From assembly GCA_037441385.1 (NCBI GenBank), contig JBBISH010000007.1, positions 1 through 64,000 of the forward strand: a stretch of DNA of 64,000 bases. The letters are read 5' to 3'. Below are positions 29,908 through 39,569 of the stretch, piece by piece. Within the stretch, counting starts at the first letter, position 1; every line of letters starts with the position of its first letter. The notes beneath the pieces are model-generated. The model did no database searches. It had not been told where the DNA came from and saw only the letters and a list, made by a program, of their open reading frames with translations. This stretch comes from Myxococcales bacterium. GTDB taxonomy: Bacteria; Myxococcota_A; UBA9042. The translations under genes and the position numbers were made by a program.

Positions 29908-30326
29908 GCTTCGTCCGCCGCACTTGCCAGCCCTGCCATGCGCAGGGCCAGCGCGCGAAACGCCGGCAGGAACTCGCGGCTCACCCGCTCCGCAATCTCC
30001 GTCGCCGTCTCGACTTCGTAGGTGTGCGAGGTCAAATTGCGCGCCTGGATCATCGCCATCCACACCTCGCCCGAGCTGAGCAAACCCTGGGCAAAGCCAA
30101 GGCGCGTGGCATCCTTGCTGCCCACCACGCCGTCAAAGCCCTGGTCGCGCAGAAAGTCCTTGAGCACCTTCCACGCCAACTCGTGGGTGAATTCGAACGC
30201 CTGGATGATGGCCAAGCGCTCCGTCTCTCCGGGCGTGGCCGTCCCAAGGCCAGCGACAACTCGCTCCAAGGTGGCGAGCGCCCGCTGATAGTTGTCAAGC
30301 CGCTGCTGCCACCGCACATCGCCCAT
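29904..30326 (-). CDS. HEPN toxin (HI0074 nucleotidyltransferase substrate-binding family)
   Basis: IQAFEFTHELAWK and RNLTSHTY (RX4HXY); overlaps the MNT start by 4 bp. Confidence 0.9.
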   Translation of the reverse strand: MGDVRWQQRLDNYQRALATLERVVAGLGTATPGETERLAIIQAFEFTHELAWKVLKDFLRDQGFDGVVGSKDATRLGFAQGLLSSGEVWMAMIQARNLTSHTYEVETATEIAERVSREFLPAFRALALRMAGLASAADEA

Positions 30327-30392
30327 CGCTTTGACCCAGTTGGCACGGTTGCACCGCCCGCGATCTTGGTTCGGCCGGCGGAGCCAGTCAAC

Positions 30393-31568
30393 CTAGAACG
30401 CGCTCTCGCCCGTCAGCGCCCGGCCCAGCACCAGCGTGTGGATCTGCTCGGTGCCCTCGTAGGTCAGCACGCTCTCCAGGTTCGCCGCGTGGCGCATCAC
30501 GTCGTACTCGCCGGTGATGCCGTTGGCGCCCATCAGCTCGCGGGCGGTGTGGGCGGCGTCCAGCGCCAGCCGGCAGTTGTTGCGCTTGAGCAGGCTGACC
30601 TGCACCGGCGACAGCTTCTTTTGATCCTTCAACCGCCCATAGTGCAGCGACAACAGCGCGGCCTGCACCCAGCGGCTCGCCAGATCGGCCAGCGGCGCCT
30701 GCACCAGCTGCTTGGCGGCGATGGGCACCCCGAACTGCTCGCGGTCACAGGTGTACTCGACCGCGCGCTCGATGCAGAAGCGCGCCGCGCCCAGCACGCC
30801 CCAGGCCACGCCAAAGCGCGCGTTGTCTAGACAGGTGAGCGGTCCCTTCAGCCCCGCGGCCAGCGGCAAACGATCCGCCTCGCTCAGCACCACGTCTTGC
30901 AGCGCCAGACCACCCGTGAACGACGCACGCATCGAGAGCTTGTGCGGAATGTCGGTCGGCGCAAAGCCCGGCGTGCCCTTCTCGACGATGAAACCGCGGA
31001 TCGAGTCCGGCCCGTCGCCGATGCGCGCCCACACGATCGACACATCGGCGATTTGCGCGTTGGTGATCCACATCTTGCTGCCGTTCAGGGTCCACTGGTC
31101 GCCGTTTTGCACGGCCTTGGTGCGCATCGAGCCGGGGTCCGAGCCGTGGTTGGGTTCGGTCAGGCCAAAGCAGCCGATCGCCTTGCCGGCGGCCATCTTG
31201 GGGAGCCACTTCTGCTTTTGCGCCTCGCTGCCCCACTTCCAGATGCAGAACATGGCCAGGCTGGTCTGCACGGAGACGAACGAGCGCAGGCCCGAGTCGC
31301 AGTACTCCACCTCGGCGCAGGCCAGGCCATAGGCGACGTTGCTGATGCCGGCGCAGCCGTAGCCCTCTAGCGGCGCGCCCAAGATGCCCATGCCGGCCAG
31401 GTCCGGGATCCAGCCCGTGTGGAAGCGGTGGTGCTCGAAGTCGTCGCGAATCCTGGGCAAACACGCGGTCGCCACGTACTTGCGCACGGTGTCGCGCACG
31501 GTCAGTTCTTCTTCGGTCAGCAGCGGCAGCCAGCCGGCCATCTCGTCTAGGGTCATCTTGTGGGCCAT
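30393..31568 (-). CDS. gcdH: Glutaryl-CoA dehydrogenase (acyl-CoA dehydrogenase family)
   Basis: DSGLRSFVSVQ, CFGLTEPNHGSDP, GSKMWITN, LTYEGT; last gene of the benzoyl-CoA cluster. Confidence 0.82.
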   Translation of the reverse strand: MAHKMTLDEMAGWLPLLTEEELTVRDTVRKYVATACLPRIRDDFEHHRFHTGWIPDLAGMGILGAPLEGYGCAGISNVAYGLACAEVEYCDSGLRSFVSVQTSLAMFCIWKWGSEAQKQKWLPKMAAGKAIGCFGLTEPNHGSDPGSMRTKAVQNGDQWTLNGSKMWITNAQIADVSIVWARIGDGPDSIRGFIVEKGTPGFAPTDIPHKLSMRASFTGGLALQDVVLSEADRLPLAAGLKGPLTCLDNARFGVAWGVLGAARFCIERAVEYTCDREQFGVPIAAKQLVQAPLADLASRWVQAALLSLHYGRLKDQKKLSPVQVSLLKRNNCRLALDAAHTARELMGANGITGEYDVMRHAANLESVLTYEGTEQIHTLVLGRALTGESAF

Positions 31569-31642
31569 GGTGTTTTCTCCAGATATCGCGAGTTTCCTGT
31601 TGCACGCCCCTCGCCCAATGGGCTGGGAGGCCGCTTGTTCGT

Positions 31643-31697
31643 GCCCCTCGCCCAAAGCGTTGGGAGAGGGGCAAACGCGTAGCGTCGGGGTGAGGGC
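31643..31697. repeat. REP-like hairpin, copy 1 (partial copy also at 31606-31634)
   Basis: gcccctcgcccaaagcgttgggagaggggc...cggggtgagggc. Confidence 0.85.
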
Positions 31698-31702
31698 CTT
31701 CC

Positions 31703-32596
31703 CTACACCGCCGCCATCAACATCTCGAGCCGACCCGACTTGGCCAGCTGCTCCCAGCGGTAGGCCGCGAGCAGCGCCGCGCCGATCGCCCCCGCATACA
31801 TGGCATGTTCGTGGCGCTTGACCTCCATGCCCAACTGGCGGACCAGAGTCTTTTTCTGCACGCCCTCGTTCATGCACTGCACGATCGACTCGTACAGGCC
31901 CTCGTCGGCCGCCAGCCCGCCGGTGACCAAGATGGTGCCGTCCGCGCCCGCGCTTTTGATCAGCTTGACCAACCGGCCGGCGATCGACAGGTGAATGCCG
32001 CGCAGGATGTCGGCGGTCGCCAGGCCGCGGCTGACCATGTTGATCACGTCGGTCTCGGCCAGCACGGCGCAGATCGACGAAACCGGCTCAGCGTTGGTCG
32101 ATTGGCACGAGATGGCGCCGACGTCCTCCAGCGGTACGCCCAAGTAACGGGCGATGTTCTCTAGGAATTGCCCCGAGCCGCTGGCGCACTGGCTGGTCAT
32201 GCGGTGGCCCAGCACCTTGCCGCGGTCGTCGATTTTGAGCGCCCGGGCATGGAGCGCGCCCACGTCCAGCACGCCGCGGGCGTTGGGCTCCAAGAAGAGC
32301 GCGCCGCGGGCGTGGGTGGTCATGCCGTAGAAGTGCCCGGTGCGCATCGGCACCGCGTCACCGTCGCCGGTGCTGGCAATGTAGTCGAAGTCGCCCTGCC
32401 CGACCCCGGCCGCCAAGCACGCCTCTTCAAACGCCGCCGTCACCACCTCTTCCACCACGCGGCGGCGGATGCGCTGATTCGACAGCGCCAGGACTTGCCC
32501 GGCCTCGCCACCGCGGCTGCGCAGGATGGCCACCTTGACCGAGCTGGAGCCGGCGTCGATGCCGCAGGTGATTTGCGTAGCTTTCTGGGTACTCAT
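31703..32596 (-). CDS. bcrD: Benzoyl-CoA reductase subunit D (class I)
   Basis: ITCGIDAG, GHFYGMTTHARGA, MTSQCASGSGQFLENIARYLG, ICAVLAETDVINMVSRG. Confidence 0.92.
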   Translation of the reverse strand: MSTQKATQITCGIDAGSSSVKVAILRSRGGEAGQVLALSNQRIRRRVVEEVVTAAFEEACLAAGVGQGDFDYIASTGDGDAVPMRTGHFYGMTTHARGALFLEPNARGVLDVGALHARALKIDDRGKVLGHRMTSQCASGSGQFLENIARYLGVPLEDVGAISCQSTNAEPVSSICAVLAETDVINMVSRGLATADILRGIHLSIAGRLVKLIKSAGADGTILVTGGLAADEGLYESIVQCMNEGVQKKTLVRQLGMEVKRHEHAMYAGAIGAALLAAYRWEQLAKSGRLEMLMAAV

Positions 32597-32618
32597 CGCA
32601 AGCTCCCGTCTTGTCTTC

Positions 32619-32675
32619 GCCCCTCGCCCAAAGCGTTGGGAGAGGGGCAGCCGGCCCAGCCGGCGGGGTGAGGGC
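32619..32675. repeat. REP-like hairpin, copy 2
   Basis: Identical 30-bp core to copies 1 and 3. Confidence 0.85.
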
Positions 32676-32740
32676 ACTCGGCCTCGGGGTAGCGGATTTC
32701 TCCTGTATTCTCCAACAGTAGAAAATGCCCCCCAACCTTC

Positions 32741-34153
32741 TCAGGCTTGGGCGAACGTCGGCAGGATGCCTCCGCGCCCGGCACGGTGGTCGTCCAGCGC
32801 GTACATCGAGGCGCCCAAGGCGCCCATGTAGATCGACGACGAGTGGGTATTCACCGTGATGTGATCGCCGTAGGTCTGGGCGACCAGCTCGCGCAAGACC
32901 TTGACCGCCATCGGGTTGTTGCAGACGCCGCCGGTAAAGGTGAACTCGTCGCTGATGCCGCCCGAGCGCGCCAAGATCGACATCGCCCGCAGCATGATGG
33001 CGCGGTGCAGCCCCGCCAGGATGTCTTCGCGGCGCTGCCCCAGGGCCAGGCGATCGCGGAGCTCGGCGCCGGCGAACACCGTACAGGTCGAATTGACGCG
33101 TACCTGCTTCTTGGCCTGCAGCGCGAGCGGCCCAAGCTCGTGGAGGCCCAGGTTCAATTCGTCGGCGATGTAGCCCAGGTAGCGGCCACAGCCGGCTGCA
33201 CAGCGGTCGTTCATCTGGAACGAAGTGACCACCCCGCCCTCGTCGACCTGGATGCCCTTGGTGTCCTGGCCGCCGATGTCCAGCACCGTGCGCGTGCCCG
33301 GGAAGATGCGGTGCGCGCCGCGGCCGTGGCACAGGATCTCGGAGCGCACGGTCTCTTTGGGGAACGGCAGGGTCTGCCGGCCGTAGCCGGTGCCCACAAA
33401 GGCCACCTCGGCGATGCGCGCCGTGCCCACCGCCTTCACCACCTCGCGCAACCAGTCGGCCTCGCGCCCCGCCGCCACCACTTTCTGCGCGGCGCGCTCC
33501 AGCAGCTGGCCAAAATCCCGAGACTCCAGGCGAGTCTCCACGTCCAGGATCGCCCGATCGTACAGGCCCACCAGCCGCTCGAACGGCACGCCCGAGCCCT
33601 TGACGCTCGCCAGCCGCTCGGCCTCGGCCACGTAGGCGGCACCGGCAAGATCACGGAAGAAGTCGCTTTTGCGGCCCACGCCCGGCCCAAACAGACTGGG
33701 CGCGCCCACTTGCATCGCGTCCAGCACCGCCTCGGCGGCCGGCTGCAGCGCGGCGCGGTGGGCAGCGTGGCCCGGCTTCTCCAAAAGCCCAAGAATCTCG
33801 GCGCGCAACGCCGCAAGCTCGCCCAGGTACAGCTCCAGGCGAAAGGCCTCGGTCAGCGGCTCGGCCAGCTGCTGCGCGTCGCTCCCTGCGGCCTCGAGCA
33901 CGCGGCCCAACAGCGAAAACCGCACCGCGGTCAGGGCTTCTTCGCGCGCCACCGCCGCCGCGACCTCGTAGTTGCTGCGGCTGTTGGTGATACCACGGCC
34001 CACAATCTGGCCCTGCGTGTCCAGCAGGATCGCCTTGGTGGTGGTGGAGCCCAGGTCGATGCCCACCGTGACTTCCATCGCGCCCGTTGGCATCGCCGAA
34101 GCCAGCACCGCGCGCAGATCGGGCTGCGGATCCACGGTCGTTTGTCCAAGCAT
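32741..34153 (-). CDS. bcrA: Benzoyl-CoA reductase subunit A (class I)
   Basis: GIDLGSTTTKA, GITNSRSNY, RKSDFFRD, SEILCHG, QMNDRCAAGCGRYL, STCTVFAGAELRD. Confidence 0.93.
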   Translation of the reverse strand: MLGQTTVDPQPDLRAVLASAMPTGAMEVTVGIDLGSTTTKAILLDTQGQIVGRGITNSRSNYEVAAAVAREEALTAVRFSLLGRVLEAAGSDAQQLAEPLTEAFRLELYLGELAALRAEILGLLEKPGHAAHRAALQPAAEAVLDAMQVGAPSLFGPGVGRKSDFFRDLAGAAYVAEAERLASVKGSGVPFERLVGLYDRAILDVETRLESRDFGQLLERAAQKVVAAGREADWLREVVKAVGTARIAEVAFVGTGYGRQTLPFPKETVRSEILCHGRGAHRIFPGTRTVLDIGGQDTKGIQVDEGGVVTSFQMNDRCAAGCGRYLGYIADELNLGLHELGPLALQAKKQVRVNSTCTVFAGAELRDRLALGQRREDILAGLHRAIMLRAMSILARSGGISDEFTFTGGVCNNPMAVKVLRELVAQTYGDHITVNTHSSSIYMGALGASMYALDDHRAGRGGILPTFAQA

Positions 34154-34162
34154 ATCCGCCTC

Positions 34163-35509
34163 CTAGACCGCAGCGCTGCCGGCGCGCATGGGGGTGGTGA
34201 TCATCCGGGTCTTGCGCGCATCCAGCATCTGCAAGAACGACTGCACCCGGTTCTCGATGTTCGCCTTGCCAAAGTAGCGCGGGTCCACCAGATCCGACTC
34301 GATGAAGCCGCCGGGCACGCCGGTGCGCTTCTCGACCTCGCGCAGGATCAAAAGCTGCCCGGCCGAGAAGGAGTTGCACGACTTGACGCTGTTGATGAGG
34401 AACCCGTCGGCGTTGTACTGCTTGACGTACTTCTCGATGAGGTCGATGCGCGACGGCAGCCCCAGGTTGGTGTAGCAGCCCAGGCAGTAATCCGCCAGCG
34501 ATTCTAGCGGTTGCGTGGGATCATGCCGGAAGCCCTGGTCGTACAGGCCGCCCACGCGCGTGTACGTCGACGCACACACCACCGCGCCTTCTTTGCTGAA
34601 CATGTGCCAGAAGTCGTTGAAACTCGTCCAATTCGGCGGCCCTTCCACCACCAATCGGTACTTCTGGTCGTCGAGCCGCCCGTCCGGCGTGGCCGGCCCC
34701 TGGCCCAGGGCGATGCGCTCCTCCACCTCGGCGCGCAGCAGCTTGTAGTAGTCAATCGCGTCCTGACTGCCGCGGAACGAGCTGAAAATCGGCCCGATGT
34801 AGTACACGCCGCCAAAGTAACCGTCGATCGGGCTGGGGGTGTGCTGGGCCGACTCCCACACCGCCACCAGGTCGTCTTCGGCGATGCGCGACAGGGCCAA
34901 ACGCCGCGAAAGCTCGTCGTAATCCAGCTTCTTGCCCGCCAGCTTCTCCAGTGCCGGGATGACCTCGTTCTCCAGTTGCTCCACGATGTACTGGCGCATC
35001 GCCGGCGTCGCCACCCCGTCGGGCTGGTACGGCACGTGCAGCATCACCACCGGGCAGTTGTACTCGTGCTGCAGCAGTTCGAACCACTTGAGGAACGTAA
35101 AGCAGCCGGTGTAGCTGAGCAGCAGCAGGTCCGGCTCGGGCAATTTCTGCCCCGTGGGCCCGATGTTGCCGCTTTTCAGCATGCCGATGTCGCACTTGAC
35201 GTACGTACACACGTCTTCGCTGTGGCCCGCCTTCTCGGCCTCGGCGATGTAACCGCCCGACTTCTTGCGCATCCCTGACTGCAGCGCGTTGATCTCGGGC
35301 AGCACCGGCAGCAGGTCCAGCGCCAGCAACAGCTCGGTCAGATTGCCAGGCACAAACGTGTAGACCACCTTCTTGCCGTCCTGCTTGGCGCGCGACAGCT
35401 TGTCAAAGTGGTTGGCGATCATGTCCTTTTGCCGCTTCTGGCTGTCGTCTTTCTGCGCGGCCGGCGCGTCCTTGCTCGGCCGGTCGGCCATCAGGTGTCC
35501 TTCACTCAT
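34163..35509 (-). CDS. bcrB: Benzoyl-CoA reductase subunit B (class I)
   Basis: TFVPGNL, GHSEDVCTYVK, SYTGCFTF.KWFE, YCLGCYTN, KSCNSFSAGQL. Confidence 0.93.
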   Translation of the reverse strand: MSEGHLMADRPSKDAPAAQKDDSQKRQKDMIANHFDKLSRAKQDGKKVVYTFVPGNLTELLLALDLLPVLPEINALQSGMRKKSGGYIAEAEKAGHSEDVCTYVKCDIGMLKSGNIGPTGQKLPEPDLLLLSYTGCFTFLKWFELLQHEYNCPVVMLHVPYQPDGVATPAMRQYIVEQLENEVIPALEKLAGKKLDYDELSRRLALSRIAEDDLVAVWESAQHTPSPIDGYFGGVYYIGPIFSSFRGSQDAIDYYKLLRAEVEERIALGQGPATPDGRLDDQKYRLVVEGPPNWTSFNDFWHMFSKEGAVVCASTYTRVGGLYDQGFRHDPTQPLESLADYCLGCYTNLGLPSRIDLIEKYVKQYNADGFLINSVKSCNSFSAGQLLILREVEKRTGVPGGFIESDLVDPRYFGKANIENRVQSFLQMLDARKTRMITTPMRAGSAAV

Positions 35510-35566
35510 CGTGTCCCCCCCGCGATCCCCGCCTCACCGGTTTGTCCTGCACTCACCTTGTGTTCC

Positions 35567-35621
35567 GCCCCTCGCCCAAAGCGTTGGGAGAGGGGCAGCC
35601 GCGCAGCGGCGGGGTGAGGGC
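35567..35621. repeat. REP-like hairpin, copy 3
   Basis: Identical 30-bp core followed by cggggtgagggc. Confidence 0.85.
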
Positions 35622-35637
35622 ATTTCCCTTGCTGTGC

Positions 35638-36867
35638 CTACTCCACCTGCCCCCACAGCTTGACCGCGTCCGAGAACGCACCAGCCTGCTCGCGGATCAC
35701 CTGGAATTGCCCAGTGTTCTCGGCGTACTTGAAGCTCGTGTGCGGAATCTTGGCTGCGTCCATCGCCGCTTCCAGCATCGGCTGGTCCAGCAGCGCCGGA
35801 TCGCAGAACGACGCCGCAGCGAAGATCACGCCGTCGGCCTTGGCAGCCTTGACCTTGTCGATCAGCGACTTGCCCTTGACCTCGTCGGCAATGTAGCGCG
35901 ACGCGACCGCCTGGCCCTTGTGGATGAAGCCCATCGCCAGCGCCAGCAGCGGGTCCTCGGCTTCGGCGTCCAGATCGCCTTCGATCATCCGCATTCCCAA
36001 CTGGAAATCGTCGTCGACGATGTCGCAGCCGGCCTTCTCCAGCGCCCGGATCAAATCCACCGGGGCCTGCTCGCAGAACGCACCGACCAGGACGACCCGC
36101 ACGTTGTCGCGCGGCCGGACGTCGCGGGCTTTGGCGGCGTCTACAAATTCCTCAATCATCGCCGCGTGATCCGTGGCCATCAGGCCGCCGCCGGCTCGCA
36201 CCAATAGGTACGCCTCGGAGGCCAGGCAGCGGTGCGGCTCATTGCGGCGCAGGTCGTCCAGCTTGCCGATGGCGGCCCGGCGCGTGTTCTCGTTGCGCAT
36301 TGCCTGGCGCAGCTTGGCCGGATCCAGCGGCTCGGCGCCATACTTGTGCATCTCGTCGGCGATGCGCCCCAGCTCGTGGGCATAGAACTTGCCGCCAATG
36401 CCCTGGGCAAAGTTCTGCGGCAGGTCCACATACGCCGAGTACTTGTTGGGAAACAGCAGTTTCCACATGCCGCCCAGATTGCGGATCACGTCGCAGATGC
36501 TGGGGAACATCATGCCGTCCAGCACGTCGAACTGCCCGCCCAGGCCCAGCTCGATGGTCGAGCGCGGAATGTGGCAGATGTACGACTGGAAGTAGCTGTC
36601 GCCGCGGATGATGTCGACCTCTTCGCCGCCACCGAACACCGCCACCGCCAGGCCGCCTTGCGCTTCGACCAGCGGCCGCGGCGCGTAGATCGGCATGTGG
36701 CCCATGACAAAAGCGCCCGGATGCGCGGCCTTCCACTGCTTGACGTGCTGCAGGTCGTGATCCTCGACCAGTGCGCGGCAGCGCTGCAGGATGGGCGCGC
36801 ACGGGTCGGCGAGCTTGGCCGCGGGCATCGGGGTCGCCGGCGGGACGAAGTCGATAGTAGCGGTCAT
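35638..36867 (-). CDS. bcrC: Benzoyl-CoA reductase subunit C (class I)
   Basis: GDSYFQSYICHIPRSTIELG, FPSICDVIRNL, SFCDPALL, FKYAENTGQ...REQAGAFSD. Confidence 0.93.
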   Translation of the reverse strand: MTATIDFVPPATPMPAAKLADPCAPILQRCRALVEDHDLQHVKQWKAAHPGAFVMGHMPIYAPRPLVEAQGGLAVAVFGGGEEVDIIRGDSYFQSYICHIPRSTIELGLGGQFDVLDGMMFPSICDVIRNLGGMWKLLFPNKYSAYVDLPQNFAQGIGGKFYAHELGRIADEMHKYGAEPLDPAKLRQAMRNENTRRAAIGKLDDLRRNEPHRCLASEAYLLVRAGGGLMATDHAAMIEEFVDAAKARDVRPRDNVRVVLVGAFCEQAPVDLIRALEKAGCDIVDDDFQLGMRMIEGDLDAEAEDPLLALAMGFIHKGQAVASRYIADEVKGKSLIDKVKAAKADGVIFAAASFCDPALLDQPMLEAAMDAAKIPHTSFKYAENTGQFQVIREQAGAFSDAVKLWGQVE

Positions 36868-37559
36868 GAAGGCCCCACATCTTGACCCGGTACCGGGTCC
36901 AGGAGATTCGAAGATTCCAGAACGGGTACAGCCGGTTCGCGCTCACCCGGCGTGCGCGTGCTGCACGATCCCAGGCCGCCCAGCACCATGCGGTAGATGT
37001 TGCGCGCCAAGACCTCGGCGTCGCCGTGGCGGCCGGGCTCGTGCCAACCGTAGACCCAGTTCAGCATGCCAAAGATGTTGTAGGTCGCGACTTCCACACA
37101 GCGATCACCGGGGGAGCACGCGCAAAACTCGGCCACGATGTCGCGCAGTTGCACGAAGTAGCGGGTCTTGAGGGCGCGCACCTGGGCACGCGACGCCGGG
37201 TCCAGGGCCGAGGCTTCGGTCACCAGCAGGCGCATCACGGCCTGGTTCGACAGGACGTAGTGCACATGCTGAAAAATGAAGGCGAACAGCCGGTCCTCGG
37301 CCGCGGCGATGCCCGTCCTGGCCGACTCCTTGCAGACCAGCTCCGCCGTGTCGCACAGGTTCTGGAAGGCCCGCAGCTGGATGGCCAGCAGCAGCGCCTC
37401 TTTGCTGGGGAAGTCGTTGTAAAGCGTAGAGATATTCTTGCCGGTCGCCTTGGCCAACTCGCGCATCGACATGCCGTGGAAGCCACGCTCGGCCACGAAC
37501 TCGGCGGCTGCGTTCAAGATTTCGCTTTGGCGCTGCTGCGCCCGGTCCATACGGTTCAT
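36864..37559 (-). CDS. TetR/AcrR family transcriptional regulator
   Basis: ILNAAAEFVAERGFHGMSMRELA...LY..FPSKEALL HTH; GMLNWVY.W C-terminus; stop overlaps the bcrC start. Confidence 0.9.
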   Translation of the reverse strand: MNRMDRAQQRQSEILNAAAEFVAERGFHGMSMRELAKATGKNISTLYNDFPSKEALLLAIQLRAFQNLCDTAELVCKESARTGIAAAEDRLFAFIFQHVHYVLSNQAVMRLLVTEASALDPASRAQVRALKTRYFVQLRDIVAEFCACSPGDRCVEVATYNIFGMLNWVYGWHEPGRHGDAEVLARNIYRMVLGGLGSCSTRTPGEREPAVPVLESSNLLDPVPGQDVGPS

Positions 37560-37569
37560 CGGTCCTGCC

Positions 37570-38358
37570 TTACCGGTCTTGCCAGTCTGGAGCACGCCGC
37601 TCCAAGAACGCCGCGATGCCTTCGTTGCCATCGTGGCTAGGGATCAGGCCCTGAACATAGGTCTTTTCGGCAAGGTCGAGAACGGCACCCAGGCCACCTT
37701 GCTGATCACAGCTGCTGGTCCGCCGCACCAGACCGGTCGCGACCCGCAGGCTGTGGGCCGACAAGCCCAGCAAGTGCGCCCGCAGCCACTGCACCGCAGT
37801 CGCCCGCACGTCGTCGCTCTGCGGCAACATCGTGGCAAAACCCGTACTTTCGGCGGCACTCAAGGGCAGATCGCAGCCGGTCAGCACCAGCTTTTCGGTC
37901 CAGGCCCCGCCCAAGCGCGCCGGCCCCAGCGCCGCCAGCACCGGAGGCAACACACCCAGCTTGATCTCGGGGCAAGCAAAGTTGGCCGTGGGGGTCGCCA
38001 AAACCAGGTGGCAGACCAACGCCAGCTCAAAGGCGCCGCCCAGACACTTGCCCTGGACCAGCGCCACCACGGGCACAGGAAACGAGGCAACTTCGCGCAG
38101 CGACTGATGAAACGTCGCCAGCATCGCGGCCGCCTGATCGCGCTGGTGCTCTTCCACGCTGGCACCAAAGCTGAAGTGATGACCAGCACCCTGGATCACG
38201 GCAGCACGCAAGTGTGGATTCCGGCGATGGTTGTTCAACACGGTGGTGAGCGCCTGCAGCACCGCCATGCTGAGCACATTGCCCTTGCCCGCGGCGATGG
38301 TCAGCCAGAGCAACTTGCCCTCTTCCAAAACCTCTGCAATCACTGGACCTTCACTCAT
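37570..38358 (-). CDS. dch: Cyclohexa-1,5-dienecarbonyl-CoA hydratase
   Basis: Crotonase fold: HFSFGASVEEH, CLGGAFEL, PEIKLGV; pathway context. Confidence 0.88.
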   Translation of the reverse strand: MSEGPVIAEVLEEGKLLWLTIAAGKGNVLSMAVLQALTTVLNNHRRNPHLRAAVIQGAGHHFSFGASVEEHQRDQAAAMLATFHQSLREVASFPVPVVALVQGKCLGGAFELALVCHLVLATPTANFACPEIKLGVLPPVLAALGPARLGGAWTEKLVLTGCDLPLSAAESTGFATMLPQSDDVRATAVQWLRAHLLGLSAHSLRVATGLVRRTSSCDQQGGLGAVLDLAEKTYVQGLIPSHDGNEGIAAFLERRAPDWQDR

Positions 38359-38406
38359 CGCCCGCCCCTCTGCCTGCACCCGCGACCCGTGCCGCGCCTT
38401 CAAAAA

Positions 38407-39534
38407 CTACGGATTCTGGCTCCGATACGCCGCCCGACCGGCCCGCGCCGACGGCTTGAGCACTTCGGCGGTCAGGGCCTCCTCGACGCGCCCCCCCTCG
38501 GCCAACCGCTTGCGCAGCAACACGAAATCGATCTCGCGCTCGGCGCGGTCGCCAAAGTGAAAGGCCGGGAAGCCAGCCGCCGCCTCGGTGTTCATGTTCA
38601 GCGCCAGCCAGCTGCGGTTCGACTCAGCGTTCTGGTACCAGTGCTGGAGCTTCTTTTTCCGCACACTTTCCAAGGTCTTGCGCGTGCAATCCGGGAACGT
38701 ATACATCAGCTTGGTCACCAACTTGTTCACCGCCGCGTCCAGCGGCGCCAGATCGATGCTCAGCCCCGCTGCCGCCGCCTTGGCCGCGTCTTTGGCCGCG
38801 CCTTCTTTGTACTCGCCGTGAACGATGCGCCCGAATTCATCCAGATAGCGATCGGTCACGACCCAGGGGTTGGCCACGTACTCGCCGGCCGCGTTCTTGT
38901 GCACCGGCACCACTTCGTTCACGACGCCCAGACGCGCCGCCTTGTGCGCGCTCCACGCTTCGCACAGCACCAGCGACTCGACCGCTTTGCCAAAGCCCAC
39001 GAATTGGTCCAAGAAATCCGTCGATCCGCCATCCGGCGCCGAGCCGTGCACCGGTCCCGCCTGGCCAAAGCGCGCGTGGTCGCCGGTTACGCTGAAGTCG
39101 CACGCCATGCCGATCTCTTGGCCGCCGCCGATGCGCATGCCGTTGACACGGCACACGACCGGCTTGTCGCAGTGCAGGATCGACGTGACCATGTCGTTGA
39201 AAAGCCGCATGTACTGGTGGTACTCCAGCGGCCGGTTGGCGTAGTAGGTGGCGTACTCAGCGGTGTTGCCGCCCGTGCAGAAGGCCTTGTCGCCCACCGC
39301 CGTGAACACCACCGCCACCGCAGCGCGATCGTTGCTGGCGCGGCGGAAGGCCAAGATGACCTCTTTGACGGCCTCGGTGGTGTAGCTGTTGAATTGCCGC
39401 TCGTTGTTCAGCCAAATCCACACTTGGTGCAGACCGTCCACGGCTTTGCCAGCGTGGTCGAAAACCGGGCGCTCCTCGTACAAGATGTGGCTGAATTGCA
39501 AGTCAGGGAGCAGATCGTGGTTGATGAGCGTCAT
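38407..39534 (-). CDS. oah: 6-oxocyclohex-1-ene-1-carbonyl-CoA hydrolase
   Basis: NSYTT, AFCTGGNTAEYATYY, RVNGMRIGGGQEIGMACD, RSWLALNM. Confidence 0.94.
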   Translation of the reverse strand: MTLINHDLLPDLQFSHILYEERPVFDHAGKAVDGLHQVWIWLNNERQFNSYTTEAVKEVILAFRRASNDRAAVAVVFTAVGDKAFCTGGNTAEYATYYANRPLEYHQYMRLFNDMVTSILHCDKPVVCRVNGMRIGGGQEIGMACDFSVTGDHARFGQAGPVHGSAPDGGSTDFLDQFVGFGKAVESLVLCEAWSAHKAARLGVVNEVVPVHKNAAGEYVANPWVVTDRYLDEFGRIVHGEYKEGAAKDAAKAAAAGLSIDLAPLDAAVNKLVTKLMYTFPDCTRKTLESVRKKKLQHWYQNAESNRSWLALNMNTEAAAGFPAFHFGDRAEREIDFVLLRKRLAEGGRVEEALTAEVLKPSARAGRAAYRSQNP

Positions 39535-39569
39535 CTAAAACCTCGCGTTTCAAGAAGGAACGGCAGAAT

